This document shows, piece by piece, positions 20,924 through 31,650 of a stretch of DNA of 64,000 nucleotides. Below the pieces are notes generated by a model, which saw only the letters and a list, made by a program, of their open reading frames with translations, was not told where the DNA came from and did not search any database. The stretch spans positions 170,456-234,455 of the forward strand of contig CAWGRT010000015.1 of the NCBI GenBank assembly GCA_963825035.1. Reading direction: 5' to 3'. The first letter of the stretch is position 1; each line of letters begins with the position of its first letter. This stretch comes from Candidatus Krumholzibacteriia bacterium (GTDB lineage Bacteria; Krumholzibacteriota; Krumholzibacteriia; LZORAL124-64-63). Position numbers and translations under genes: made by a program.

Positions 20924-20978
20924 GGTCGCCGACCGGGTTCATCCGCCCGCGAGGGGCGGCGACCCGGAAGGAGTGCCC

Positions 20979-21767
20979 GTGATCAGGAGCCTGAACACCG
21001 CAGAGAAGGCGATGCAGATGGAGCAGGTGCGCATCGACGCCCTGGCCAACAACCTCGCCAACGTGGACTCGACGGGTTTCCGCCAGATCCTCACCCGCGT
21101 GGTGGAGAAGGGGGCGCCCGACACCCCGGTGCCCGACGCCCGGATGACGGTGGAGACGGCCGCGGCCGGGCGCACCACCGCCGGCCGGGGCCGGACGACG
21201 GTGCCGGACACCCTCGTGATGCACGCCCTGGACTCGCGGCCGGGCCCCATCGGGGCCACCGGCCGGGACACGGACGTGGCCATCATGGGCAAGGGGTTCT
21301 TCGTGATCCAGACCGAGAACGGCGAGCGCTACACCCGCGCCGGCTCGTTCACCCTCGACTCCCAGCGGCGCCTGACCACCCCCGAGGGGGACGTCGTGCT
21401 GGGCACCGGCGGGCCGCTGACCCTGGCCGGGCAATCCTTCGCCATCGCCGCCGACGGCACCGTGACGGTGGACGACCAGGTGGCCGGGCGCCTGCGCCTG
21501 GTGGATTTCGCCGACGCCACGCGCCTGGAACACGAGGGGGCCAACCGCCTGAAGGCGCCCGAGGACCTGCCGCCGCGGGAAATGGATCCCGAGGAGATCG
21601 TCGTGGCCCAGGGCCACCTCGAAGGCAGCAACGTCGAGGCCATCGACGTCCTGGTGGACATGATTGCCGCCCAGCGCGCCTTCGAGATGCACACCAAGGT
21701 CATGACCACGGAGGACCAGCTCCTGGACAAGTCCGTCAACCAGCTGGGCCGCGCGGCCCACGTCTAG
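20979..21767 (+). CDS. flgF: flagellar proximal rod protein FlgF
   Basis: ANNLANVDSTGFR, TGRDTDVAI.GKGFF, YTRAGSF, LEGSNV, QRAFE; upstream of flgG. Confidence 0.88.
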   Translation: MIRSLNTAEKAMQMEQVRIDALANNLANVDSTGFRQILTRVVEKGAPDTPVPDARMTVETAAAGRTTAGRGRTTVPDTLVMHALDSRPGPIGATGRDTDVAIMGKGFFVIQTENGERYTRAGSFTLDSQRRLTTPEGDVVLGTGGPLTLAGQSFAIAADGTVTVDDQVAGRLRLVDFADATRLEHEGANRLKAPEDLPPREMDPEEIVVAQGHLEGSNVEAIDVLVDMIAAQRAFEMHTKVMTTEDQLLDKSVNQLGRAAHV

Positions 21768-21783
21768 CGAAGGGTAGATTGCG

Positions 21784-22576
21784 ATGATCCGAGCCATGGG
21801 AACCGCCGCCTCCGGCATGAAGGCCCAGCAGCTGAACATCGACACCATCGCCAACAACCTGGCCAACGTGAACACGACGGGCTTCAAGAAGGCGCACGCC
21901 GAGTTCCAGGACCTGCTCTACGAGAAGGTCATGCCCGGGGGGCAGGTGGACGCCCAGGGGCGCGCCGTGCCCACCCGCGTGGAAATCGGCCACGGCGTCA
22001 AGCTGGTGTCCACCAACAAGAACTTCAGCCAGGGCACCGTGGTCAGCACCAGCAACCCGCTGGACCTGATGATCGAGGGCGACGGCTTCTTCCAGCTGCG
22101 CATGCCCGACGGCACCATCAAGTACACCCGCGACGGCAGCTTCAAGATGGACGCCGAGCGCAACGTCGTCACCAGCCAGGGCTACCGCGTGGAGCCGGCC
22201 ATCGTCGTGCCCGACGACGCCGTCGAGCTGTCGGTCTCCCGGGACGGTATGGTCAGCGTCAAGGTCCAGGGCGACGACTCGAACCTGCAGGAGATCGGGC
22301 AGATGGAGCTGGCCCGCTTCCCCAACGCCGTCGGGCCTGGAGGTCCGCGGCGGCAACATCTTCGCCGAGAGCCCCGCGTCGGGCACGCCCCTCCTGGCCA
22401 ATCCCGGGACCGAGGGCATGGGCGAGACGGCGTCGGGCTTCCTGGAGATGAGCAACGTGGAAACGGTGGACGAGCTGGTGAACATGATCTCGGCCCAGCG
22501 GGCCTACGAGCTGAACAGCAAGACCATCACCATGGCCGACGAGATGCTGCGCATCGTCAACGGCCTGAAGAGGTAG
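21784..22576 (+). CDS. flgG: flagellar distal rod protein FlgG; frameshift near 22335
   Basis: MIRAMGTAASGM.AQQ.NIDTIANNLANVNTTGFKK..AEFQDLLY; LEMSNV..V.ELVNMISAQRAYE.NSK. Confidence 0.95.
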
Positions 22577-22578
22577 CC

Positions 22579-23531
22579 ATGACGACGGCGCGCGCACGGA
22601 CGGCGGCGACGGTCCTGGTCCTGGCGCTGGCGGCGGCGGGGCCGGCGGCGGCGTGGGACCTGGCGCTGCCCGACACGGTGACCATCGACGACGGCGTCGC
22701 CACGGTGGCCGACCTGGCCACCGGCCCGGTGCCGGCCGCGGCGGCGGACATCGTGGTCGAGGCCGGCGGCCGTCCGGGCACCTGCGTGACCGTGTCGCGC
22801 CGCACCGTGCTGCGGCGCCTGGTGCTGGCCGGTGCCGCGGGCGGCCTGCGCCTGCGGGGCGCCGACCGCTGCGTCGTGGTGTTCGCCGGCACCCTGGTCC
22901 ACACGGGCGAGCTGCAGGAGGCGGCCCGCCGCGCGGTGCAGCCCCTGGTGCCGGCACCGCGGCCGGGTGCGCCGGACAGCTGGCTGGAGCTGGAGATCCC
23001 CGGCCGGCGGCTGCCCACCGACGGCGGCGCCTGGCGGGTGGAGACGTCCCGCGGCGAGCCGCTCGTGCCGGGCCGGAACGCGGTCCGCTTCGAGCTGGTG
23101 GACGGCACCCGGCGCGAACCCTTTCCCGGCACCGTGGTGCTGCACGCCTACGACGAGGTGGCCACGGCCTGCCGCGCCGTGGACCGGGAATCGCCCCTGG
23201 ACGAGGCCCAGTTCATCTGGACCTGGCGCGACCTGGCGGAGCTGGGCCCGGGCCTGGCCGTGGGGCGCGACTGCCTGCAGGGGGCCAGCGCGGCCCGGAC
23301 CGTGGCCGTGGGCGACCCGCTGCGGGCCAGCGACCTGCGGGAGACGCCGGTGTGCGGGCCGGCGACGCGGTGGAGATGACCGTGATCCGCGGCACGGTGA
23401 CCGTCACCGTGCGGGCGACCGCCCGGCAGCCCGGCTGCCTGGGCCAGACGATTCCCGTGCGCAACGAACTGAACGGCCGCCTGGTCAACGCCCGCGTGGC
23501 GGGGCCGGGTCTGGTGGAATGGAGAAGGTAG
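22579..23531 (+). CDS. flgA: P-ring chaperone FlgA; frameshift near 23350
   Basis: Signal peptide, SAF-like domain, V.AGDAV...A.A.Q.G.LGQTI.VRN..NGRLV.ARV.GPG.VE; synteny. Confidence 0.85.
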
Positions 23532-23533
23532 CC

Positions 23534-24122
23534 ATGCGCGTCGCGAACATCACCCTGACGGCCGTCGGCCTGGTCCTGGGCACGGTGGCGCCGGTCGCCC
23601 GGGCGTCGGGCCCGCTGGTGGATTTCGAGACCGGCGAGTCCCTGGTCACCAACGTGAAGGCGTTCCGGGTGGGCGACCTGGTGACCATCATCATCACCGA
23701 GAACGCCACCGCCAACGCCACCAGCAAGACCAAGGCGAACAACAAGAGCGAGCACACCGGCGGGCCGGGCCTCGGGCGTCCTGGACTTCATCAAGCCCTG
23801 GGACCTGACGACGGAGAACAAGTACAACGGCGACGGCTCGACCCAGCGGGGCGGCTCGCTGCGGGCCGAGATCACCGCACGCATCGTCGAGGTCCTCCAC
23901 AACGGCGACTACCGGGTCGAGGGCTCGCGCATGGTCAACATCAACGGTGAGAAGCAGTTGATCGAGATCAAGGGTGTCTGCCGCGCGCGGGACATCGCCG
24001 CGGACAACACCATCCTGAGCACCTACATCTCCGACGCCCAGATCGCCTACAACGGGTCGGGCGTGGTGGCCGACAGCGCCGACCCGGGCATCGTCACCAA
24101 GGTCCTGAACTGGCTCTTCTAG
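23534..24122 (+). CDS. flgH: L-ring protein FlgH; frameshift near 23775
   Basis: KA.RVGDLVTIIITE, ITARIVEVL.NG...VEG, DI.ADNTI.S..I.DAQI.Y.G.G. Confidence 0.9.
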
Positions 24123-24130
24123 GAGGAACC

Positions 24131-25261
24131 ATGCCGCGCGCCAACCGCCATTCCCGCCGCCTCGTCTTCGCGCTGGCCCTGCCGGTGCTGCTGGCGACCG
24201 CCGGCACCGCGGCCGGAGCCGACCGCATCAAGGACCTCGCCCTGCTCGAGGGCACCGCGCCGGAACCCCTGCTGGGGGTGGGCCTGGTCATGGGCCTGAA
24301 CGGCACCGGCGACAACGGCAACAGCGAGGCCACGGTCAACGCCCTGGCCAACCTGCTGGAGAAGCTGGACATGACCGTGGATCCGGCCCAGCTCAAGGCC
24401 AAGAACGTGGCCGTGGTCACCGTGACCGCCAGCCTCGACCCCAACGCGTCCGTGGGCGGCCGCGTCGACGTGACCGTCACCTCCATGTACGACGCGTCGA
24501 GCCTGGAGGGGGGCACCCTGGTCATGACGCCCCTGAAGGCGGCCGACGGCACGCATCTGCGTCCTGGCCCAGGGCAGCGTCTCCATCGGCGGGTTCAACA
24601 TCAAGGCCGGCGCGGGCAACAGCTTCCGGAAGAACCACGCGCAGGTGGGCACCATCCCCAACGGCGGCACGGTGAAGGCGCCTCTGGGCGGCCATTACGT
24701 GCGCGAGGGGAAGGTGGCCTGGCTGCTGAACAACCCCGACTTCGCCACCGCCGCCAACGTGGCCGCGGCCATCAACGGCGGCTTCGGCCTGGGCACCGCG
24801 GTGGCCCGGGACGCCCAGCGCATCGAGGTCGCCGTGCCCGGCGAATGGCGCGGCGATCCCGTGTCCTTCATCGCCCGCATGGGCGAGATCGAGGCCCGGC
24901 ACGACGCCGTCGCGCGGGTCGTGGTGAACGAGCGCACCGGCACCATCATCGTGGGCAAGGACGTGCACCTGCGGGAGGCGGCCGTGGCCCACGGGACCCT
25001 GAAGGTGGTCGTCAACACCGCCTACGACGTGTCCCAGCCCAGCTCCTTCAGCAAGCGCGGCAACACCGTGGTCACCCCCAAGGTCGAGCACCGACGTCCA
25101 GGACGCACGAGGCCCACGTGCTGCGGGTGCCCGACACCAGCACCGTGGCCGACGTCGTGGGCGTGCTCAACGACATCGGGGCCAGCCCCCGGGACATCAT
25201 CGCCATCCTCGAGGCCCTCAAGCGCGCCGGCTCCCTGCAGGCCGAGCTCGTGCTGATGTAG
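24131..25261 (+). CDS. flgI: P-ring protein FlgI; frameshifts
   Basis: RIKDL, L.G.GLV.GLNGTGD, KNVAVV.VTA.L, SLEGGTL.MTPL, VVVNERTGTII.G, IAILEALK.AGSLQAEL. Confidence 0.95.
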   Translation: MPRANRHSRRLVFALALPVLLATAGTAAGADRIKDLALLEGTAPEPLLGVGLVMGLNGTGDNGNSEATVNALANLLEKLDMTVDPAQLKAKNVAVVTVTASLDPNASVGGRVDVTVTSMYDASSLEGGTLVMTPLKAADGTHLRPGPGQRLHRRVQHQGRRGQQLPEEPRAGGHHPQRRHGEGASGRPLRARGEGGLAAEQPRLRHRRQRGRGHQRRLRPGHRGGPGRPAHRGRRARRMARRSRVLHRPHGRDRGPARRRRAGRGERAHRHHHRGQGRAPAGGGRGPRDPEGGRQHRLRRVPAQLLQQARQHRGHPQGRAPTSRTHEAHVLRVPDTSTVADVVGVLNDIGASPRDIIAILEALKRAGSLQAELVLM

Positions 25262-25270
25262 GGGGCGACG

Positions 25271-26275
25271 ATGGAGATCCCCGGCAGCGGCAGCGCGATT
25301 CGGGCTCCTCGAGAACGCGCAGGCTGGGGGCGCGGGCGGACCCGCCTGCGGGCGCTGGCCGGCAGGCCGACGCGCGCGGCAGGAGACCCGCGAGGGTCTG
25401 CAGAAGGCGGCCAAGGAGTTCGAGGGGGTCTTCCTCAACGAGCTGATGAAGGCCATGCGCCGCACCGTGCCCGAGAACAACTTTTCAACTCCCAGGGCGC
25501 CACCAAGTTCTACCGCCAGATGTACGACCAGGAGACTCGCCCGGACCCTGGCCACGGGCCGCTCCGGCGTGGGCATCGCCGATCTCATCGTCCAGCAGTT
25601 CGCCCGCAACGTGGCGCCCGACGGCGGGACCGCGGCGGCCGGCGTGACCGGGGCCACCGGAACGACGAAGGCGCCGGACCGCCGGCGCCGTCCGGCCGGC
25701 CCCCGCGCCACGCGGGCGCGCCGGCGCCTGGGCCCGCCGCGCCGGCGCCGCGGCGGCGGCCCGCTACCGGGCCCTGGACGAGACCGCCGAGCGCACCGCC
25801 GCCCTGGCCCGGCTGCGCCTGCTGGCGGACCGGGAGGGAACCGCCGCGGCCGACACCCTGGGCCGGTACGAGTCGGACTTGTCCGCGGCGTCGCGGCGCA
25901 CGGACGTGCCGCCGGCCCTGCTGCTGGCGGTCGTGATGCAGGAGTCCGGCGGCGACGCCGGACGCCCGGTCGCCCCGGGGCGCCCACGGCCTGATGCAGC
26001 TGATGCCCGGCACGGCGGCCGAGGTCGGGGTCGCCGATCACGGGCGACCCGGGCCAGAACCTGCGCGGCGGCGCCACCTACCTGGCCCGCATGCTCGACC
26101 GCTACGACGGCCGGCTGGACCTGGCCCTGGCCGCCTACAACGCCGGCCCGGGCGCCGTGGATCGGGCCGGCCGCCAGCGTCCCGGAGTACCCGGAGACCC
26201 GGCAGTACGTCCGCCAGGTCCTGGATCGCTACCGCGCGCCTCGGCGGTGGCACGGAACTGGCGAATGCCGACTGA
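25271..26275 (+). CDS. flgJ: FlgJ rod-binding domain plus lytic transglycosylase (SLT) domain; several frameshifts
   Basis: [22 protein letters not shown]...[14 protein letters not shown]; then [38 protein letters not shown]. Confidence 0.8.
26248..26262 (+). promoter_or_regulatory. sigma54 promoter for flgN-flgK-flgL-fliW-csrA
   Basis: TGGCACGGAACTGGC (GG-N10-GC) within the 3' end of flgJ. Confidence 0.6.
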
Positions 26276-26317
26276 ACGGCTCTCGCGGGCCGGCGGAGCC
26301 CGGAAGGAGTGGCGACG

Positions 26318-26851
26318 ATGGACACCCGCACGCGCGCGGCTGCGGGACGGCGATTGGCAGGACCTGGCGGGCTCCTGGCCGGCGAGGAGGCCGGCTACCG
26401 ACGACTCCTGCGCCTGGCCTGGCGCCAGAATTCCTACATGAAGCGGCAGGATGTCGACCGCCTGGAGGCCAACGCCGCGGACTGGGCGCGGCACCTGCCG
26501 GCGGCCGACGCCGCGCGCATCGCGCCGGGAACGCTGCTGCGACGCGCCTGCGCCGCGAGCCTGGGCGGCGCCGCGGGCGCCGCGCCTGCGAGGACCTGCT
26601 GGCCGGCGTGCGGCCCCGACAGCGGCGCGGCGCCGCTGCGCGCGGCCCTGGCCGCCCTGCGGCGCACCGTGGGCCGGCTGGCCCGGCAGAACGAGCTGAA
26701 CCGGCACCTGGCGGCCTTCTGCCTGGACCTGGCCCAGGAGGAGACGCGGATCTTCCGGGACTGCGTCCTGGACGATCCGGCCGGATGCTACGGGCGCGAC
26801 GCCCGCAACGCGAACCGGGGCGCCGGCGGCGTCCTGGTCAAGCAGGCCTGA
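26318..26851 (+). CDS. flgN: FlgN-like export chaperone; probable internal frameshifts
   Basis: Helical, L..E...Y..LL.L...Q, L.RQNELN..L; immediately before flgK. Confidence 0.65.
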   Translation: MDTRTRAAAGRRLAGPGGLLAGEEAGYRRLLRLAWRQNSYMKRQDVDRLEANAADWARHLPAADAARIAPGTLLRRACAASLGGAAGAAPARTCWPACGPDSGAAPLRAALAALRRTVGRLARQNELNRHLAAFCLDLAQEETRIFRDCVLDDPAGCYGRDARNANRGAGGVLVKQA

Positions 26852-26861
26852 GGGGGCGCCG

Positions 26862-28239
26862 ATGGGCGGCCTGAATTCCATCATGGACACGGGACTGTCG
26901 GCGCTGTTCTCGGCGCAGGCGGGCATGGCCACCACCGGCCACAACATCGCCAACGCCAGCACCGCCGGCTACAGCCGGCAGCAGGTGCTGTTCGCCGCGC
27001 GGCGGCCGGCACGTCACCGCGATCGGGGCCATCGGCCGCGGCGTCGAGGTGGCGAGCATCCGCCGGGTCCAGGACGAGTTCCTGGCCAACAACATGCGCA
27101 TGCAGACCTCCCGGCTGCAGTCGTACACCACCGTCGACTCCACCCTCTACGAGATCGAGGCGCATCCTCGGCTCGGTGGACAACGACCACCTGGGCAACG
27201 CCCTACTCGAAGTTCTTCAACGTCCTGGAACGGCCTGGCCCAGCCGCCGGTCAACCCGCAACCTGAAGCAGAACGTGGTGGCCGCGGCCGCAGAGCCTGG
27301 TGCAGGACTTCCACGCCGTGAGCGACAACCTGGACCAGCTGGAGAAGACCCTCAACGAGAACATCCAGGCCGAGCTGGGGACCCTCAACGGCCAGCTCAA
27401 GGCCGTGGCCGAGCTCAACAAGCAGATCATGCAGGCGGAGGTCGGGGGCCAGCCGGCCAACGACCTGCGCGACCAGCGGGACCAGGTGATCCTGGACATC
27501 TCGTCCGAGGCCGAGGTCCAGGTGCTGGAGCGCGAGGACGGCAGCAAGGACCTGATCATGAGCGGCCGGACCATCGTCACCCGCGGCAGCTTCACCGAAC
27601 TGAGCACCCGCGAGGTCGTGGAGGACGGCAGCCGGCGCATGTGCCGTGGTGACCGCCGACACCATGCGCGAGGTGGCCCTGTCCACCGGCCGCATCGAGG
27701 GCCTGGTGACCAGCCGCGACATCCACGTGACCCAGGTCCGGGACCTGCTGGACAAGGTGGCCGCCCAGCTGATCGACGAGGTGAACGCCCTGCACACCCA
27801 GGGCAGGACCAACACCAGCAGCGGCCTGGCCTTCTTCACGGGCGACAGCATGCACACCATCGAGGTGAACACGGCGCTGGTGGACGCCCCCGCCCTGGTG
27901 GCCACCGGACGCACCGTCGAGGAGAGCGACAACGAGCTGGCCCTGCAGATCGCCGCCCTGGCCAACGTCAGCGCCCTGGACCCGAACGGGGACACCATCC
28001 AGGAGACCTACCGCTCGGCGGTGACCACCGTGGCCAGCAACCGGGCCAGCTACGGCTTCATGGTGGACAACCAGCAGAACGTGGTGGACTCCCTCGAGGC
28101 CAAGATCGCCAGCGTCAGCGGCGTCAGCCTCGACGAGGAGGGCGCCAACATGGTGAAGTACCAGAACGGCTACAACGCGGCCGCGCGCGTCATCTCCGCA
28201 GTGCAGGAGATGTACGACACGCTGCTGAACATGGTGTAG
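26862..28239 (+). CDS. flgK: hook-filament junction FlgK; frameshifts
   Basis: GHNIANAST.GYSRQ, I.R..DEFL, NDLRDQRD, SGVSLDEEGANMVKYQ..YNAAARVI. Confidence 0.93.
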
Positions 28240-28255
28240 CGGGAGGCGCACGGTC

Positions 28256-29807
28256 ATGTCGATCCGCATCACCGACGGCTACCTCTCGTCGATCCTGATC
28301 TCGGACCTGAACCAGAGCCTGAACACACATGTTCAAGCAGCAGGTCATGTCCGGGAGCATGCGCCGGGTCAACAGCTATGCCGACGACCCGCGGGCCGTT
28401 TCCACCATCCAGCGCTACGACTCGCTCATCGCCCAGAACAACGCAGTACATCGGCAACGTGACCCGCAGCCGCATCCTCGTCGACGCCAGCGACACGGCC
28501 CTGCAGAGCGTCAGCGAGGTGCTGACCGACGTGCGCGTGATCGCCCTGCGCGAGTCCTCGGCCGTGGCCACCGACACCAGCATGGGCACGTCGGTGGTGG
28601 AGGTGGACAACCTCATCGACCAGCTCCTGGACATCCTCAACACCTCGGTGGAGGGCACCCACATCTTCGCGGGGACCAACACCGACACCGCGCCCTTCGT
28701 GCGCAACGGCGACACGGTGCTCTACCAGGGCAACGACGAGGTCTACCAGAGCCGCACCGGTCCCAACTCGGTGATGACGGTGAACATGCCCGGCGGCGGT
28801 CTTCGTCGGCTCCCAGAGCGCCAGCCTGGTCGGCAGCGTGGACCTGGCGCCGCGCCTGACGCCGGGGACACCTCCTCAGCGACCTGAACATGGGCCACGG
28901 GGTGGGAGACCGGGGCCATCCAGATCGAGGACGGCACCGGGACCCGCTGGCAGGTGGACCTGTCGGGCGCGGTGTCGGTGGACCAGGTGCTGGCGGCGGT
29001 CAACATCGGCCACCGGCGGGCGCCGTCTCCATGAACATCTCCGCCGACGGTGCGGGGTTCACCCTCAACGGGATCGGCCCGCTCGCGGTCAGCGAGGTCG
29101 ACGGCGGCACCGCGGCCGCCGGCCTCGGCATCGACGGCGGCGTCAGCGGCAGCACCCGCGTCGGGCGCGACGTGCGGCGCGGCCGCCAACCCCGCCGTGC
29201 TGCTGACGCGACATCCAGTCCCTGTCCGGACACCTGCCCCTGGGTTCCATCGAGGTGGATTGGCAGGGGACCACCACCACCGTGGACCTGAGCAGCGCCG
29301 CGCAACCTGGGGGACATCCAGACCCTGCTGGGGGCGGCGATCCCGGGGATGCAGGTGGAGGTGCGGGACACGGGGCTGGTGGTGATCGGCGGTTCGCCCG
29401 AGATCTTCGTGGTCCGCAACGCCGACGCCACCAACACGGCTTCGGCCCTGGGCATCAACGGCTCGGGCAACCCGGTGCGCCTGTTCGGCGTGCTGGCGGA
29501 CCTGAAGGCGGCCCTGATGGCGGGAGACAAGGTGTCCGTGCGCAGCTCGACCTCCGAGCTGAAGTCCCTCGAGGACGTGATCTACCAGCTGATGATGCGC
29601 GTGGGCGGGCGCCAGACCGACCTGGACTGGGCCGACCAGCTGCTGCGGCAGCGGGACGAACGCCTGCAGTCGAGCCTTTCCCTGGAACAGGACGTGGACG
29701 TGGCGGAGGTGGCTTCCGACCTCAGTCGGGCCCAGACCAGCTATCAGGCCTCGCTGATGGTCACCAGCCGCCTCTACCAGATGAACCTGATGGACTACCT
29801 CAAGTGA
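28256..29807 (+). CDS. flgL: hook-filament junction FlgL with long central insertion; frameshifts
   Basis: RIT, SG.RV...ADDP, IFAGT.TDTAPF, Y.GN, DVD.AEV.SDL..AQ.SYQASL...SRL.QMNLMDYLK. Confidence 0.9.
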
Positions 29808-29845
29808 TGAGGCCGGCCCCTGCGCCGGGAACCAAGGAGCGATCG

Positions 29846-30391
29846 ATGCCGACCTTCAGGACTGTTCAATTCGGTGAGCTGAACTACCGCAGCGACGACG
29901 TGATCCAGCTGCCGGACGGGCTGGTGGGCATGCCCGGGCTGCGCAACTGGCTCATCCTGGACATGGGGGACGACGTGCCCCTGAAGTGGTTCCAGTCCCT
30001 GGACCGGGGTGATTTCGGTTTCCCGGTGACCCAGCCCTGGTTCTACCACGACGACTACGCCGTCAGCGTGCCGGCGGCGGTCCGCAGCCGCCTGCGCACC
30101 GCCGGTGACGCGGACCTGACCACCCTGATCATCACCACCGTCCATCCGGGCGGCGAGAAGCTGACGGGCAACCTGCTGGCGCCCCTGGTGGTGGACACGG
30201 AGACCCGGCGCGGCGCCCAGCTGACCGTGGACGACGGTCGCTACGAGATGCGCCAGGAGATCAACTACGTGAAATTTGGCCTTGCCGTCCAATCCGACTC
30301 GTCGGACAATGGCGGCGCGGAAGCCGCGGAGCCGGCCCTCAGCGGGGCCTGTGCCGAAGGCGCCGAGACGCCCGAGCCTGCGGGTGTCTAG
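29846..30391 (+). CDS. fliW: flagellar assembly factor FliW
   Basis: T.QFGEL....[27 protein letters not shown]...RRGAQ. Confidence 0.92.
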   Translation: MPTFRTVQFGELNYRSDDVIQLPDGLVGMPGLRNWLILDMGDDVPLKWFQSLDRGDFGFPVTQPWFYHDDYAVSVPAAVRSRLRTAGDADLTTLIITTVHPGGEKLTGNLLAPLVVDTETRRGAQLTVDDGRYEMRQEINYVKFGLAVQSDSSDNGGAEAAEPALSGACAEGAETPEPAGV

Positions 30392-30444
30392 CCCAGGACC
30401 GTCGGGCCCCACCGGGGACCGCCGGCACCGGACAGGGAGGTCCC

Positions 30445-30702
30445 GTGCTCATACTCAGTCGCAAACGCAATGAAAAGATCATGATCGGGGACGACATCTC
30501 CATCATGATCGTGGACATCCGGGGCGACCAGGTGCAGATCGGCATCGATGCACCCCGGTCGATTCCGGTGCATCGCCACGAGATCTACGAGGAGATCAAG
30601 AGCACGACGCTCGGCGCGGCCGCGTCCGAGCCCGCCGACATGGAGAAGCTGCGGCGGCGGATCCGCAAGGGGGAGGATCCCAAGGGTGAAGGTCGTGCGT
30701 GA
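30445..30702 (+). CDS. csrA: carbon storage regulator CsrA with C-terminal extension
   Basis: [17 protein letters not shown]...V.IRGDQV.IGIDAP.SIPVHR.EIY. Confidence 0.97.
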   Translation: MLILSRKRNEKIMIGDDISIMIVDIRGDQVQIGIDAPRSIPVHRHEIYEEIKSTTLGAAASEPADMEKLRRRIRKGEDPKGEGRA

Positions 30703-30724
30703 TCCTGTCCAGGGAAGATGAAGC

Positions 30725-30746
30725 GAGGGCCCCATTTGGGGCCCTC
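30725..30746. terminator. hairpin between convergent csrA and fliS operons
   Basis: gagggcccca-tt-tggggccctc. Confidence 0.55.
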
Positions 30747-30812
30747 GATGTCGTGCTGGGGTCGATGTTGTGCTGGGGCCCTCGATGCTTCTGCCGCGGC
30801 TGCCGATCGGGG

Positions 30813-31140
30813 TCAGGTGTCCTGGCCGGTGAGGGCGTAGGCCGGACGCCCGTGGGGTGGGCGCCCAGCTGGGAGTGGAAGGCCTGCTCCGCCAGGGCGA
30901 AGACCTCCGCGGCCTTCTCCTGGAGGCGGCGGTCGCGCTCCGCCAGTTCGACGATCAGCTCGCGGGCCGCGCCCCGCTCGTCCTCGTCGGCGGCGCCGGT
31001 GGCGGTCCTCGAACAGGACCATGGCCTCGGCCCGCCGCACCAGCAGGGCTTCGCACAGGGCCAGGTCCTCGCCGGCGAGGGCCTCGTGCAGCTCGCGGGT
31101 CAGTTCGCAGGCGGATTCGGCTAGCTTCGGCCAGATTCAC
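30813..31140 (-). CDS. small helical protein after fliS, FliT-like; frameshifted
   Basis: Merged frames give LTRELHEALAGEDLALCEALLVRRAEAM...LIVELAERDRRLQEKA; position downstream of fliS. Confidence 0.5.
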
Positions 31141-31141
31141 G

Positions 31142-31643
31142 TCACACCGTCACCGATAGGAGGCTCTGTTCGGGGCCGGCCGCGGGCTCCGCTCGCGGGC
31201 CCGCCCGGATCGCCGTAGCGGTAGCAGGATCCGGGCCAGGCGCGGCGCCGGCCTCGCCGGCCATGGCCATGGTGCCGGCGGGGATGGCCCGCCAGGCCTC
31301 CAGCAGGGGGGCGAGCACCTTCAGGCAGTCGTCGATCAGCCTTGGCGTGGGGTCCTCAGCAGGGCCAGGTGCTGCCGGAACAGCCAGTCGTAGAGGTCGT
31401 CCAGGTTGGCGGCGACCTCGCCGCCCGACGGCGTGGTCCAGGGCGCGCTGCAGCTCGGCGATGATGGCCTGGGAATGGACCACCAGCCTGTTGACGCTCG
31501 CCCCGCCGCCCTGCGGCGAGGGCGTCGCGGGCCTGCTCCAGGTCGCGGACCGCCCGCTCGTAGAGCAGGACGATGATCTTCACCGGGGACATGGTGCCGA
31601 TGTCGGTCTCGCGGTAGCGCTGGGTGCCGTTGCCGTAGTACAT
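31142..31643 (-). CDS. fliS: flagellin chaperone FliS; frameshifts
   Basis: RY.ET.I.TMSP.KIIVLLYE.A, SQAII.EL..ALD...GEVAANLDDLY, LL.AW. Confidence 0.9.
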
Positions 31644-31650
31644 GCCCGCT

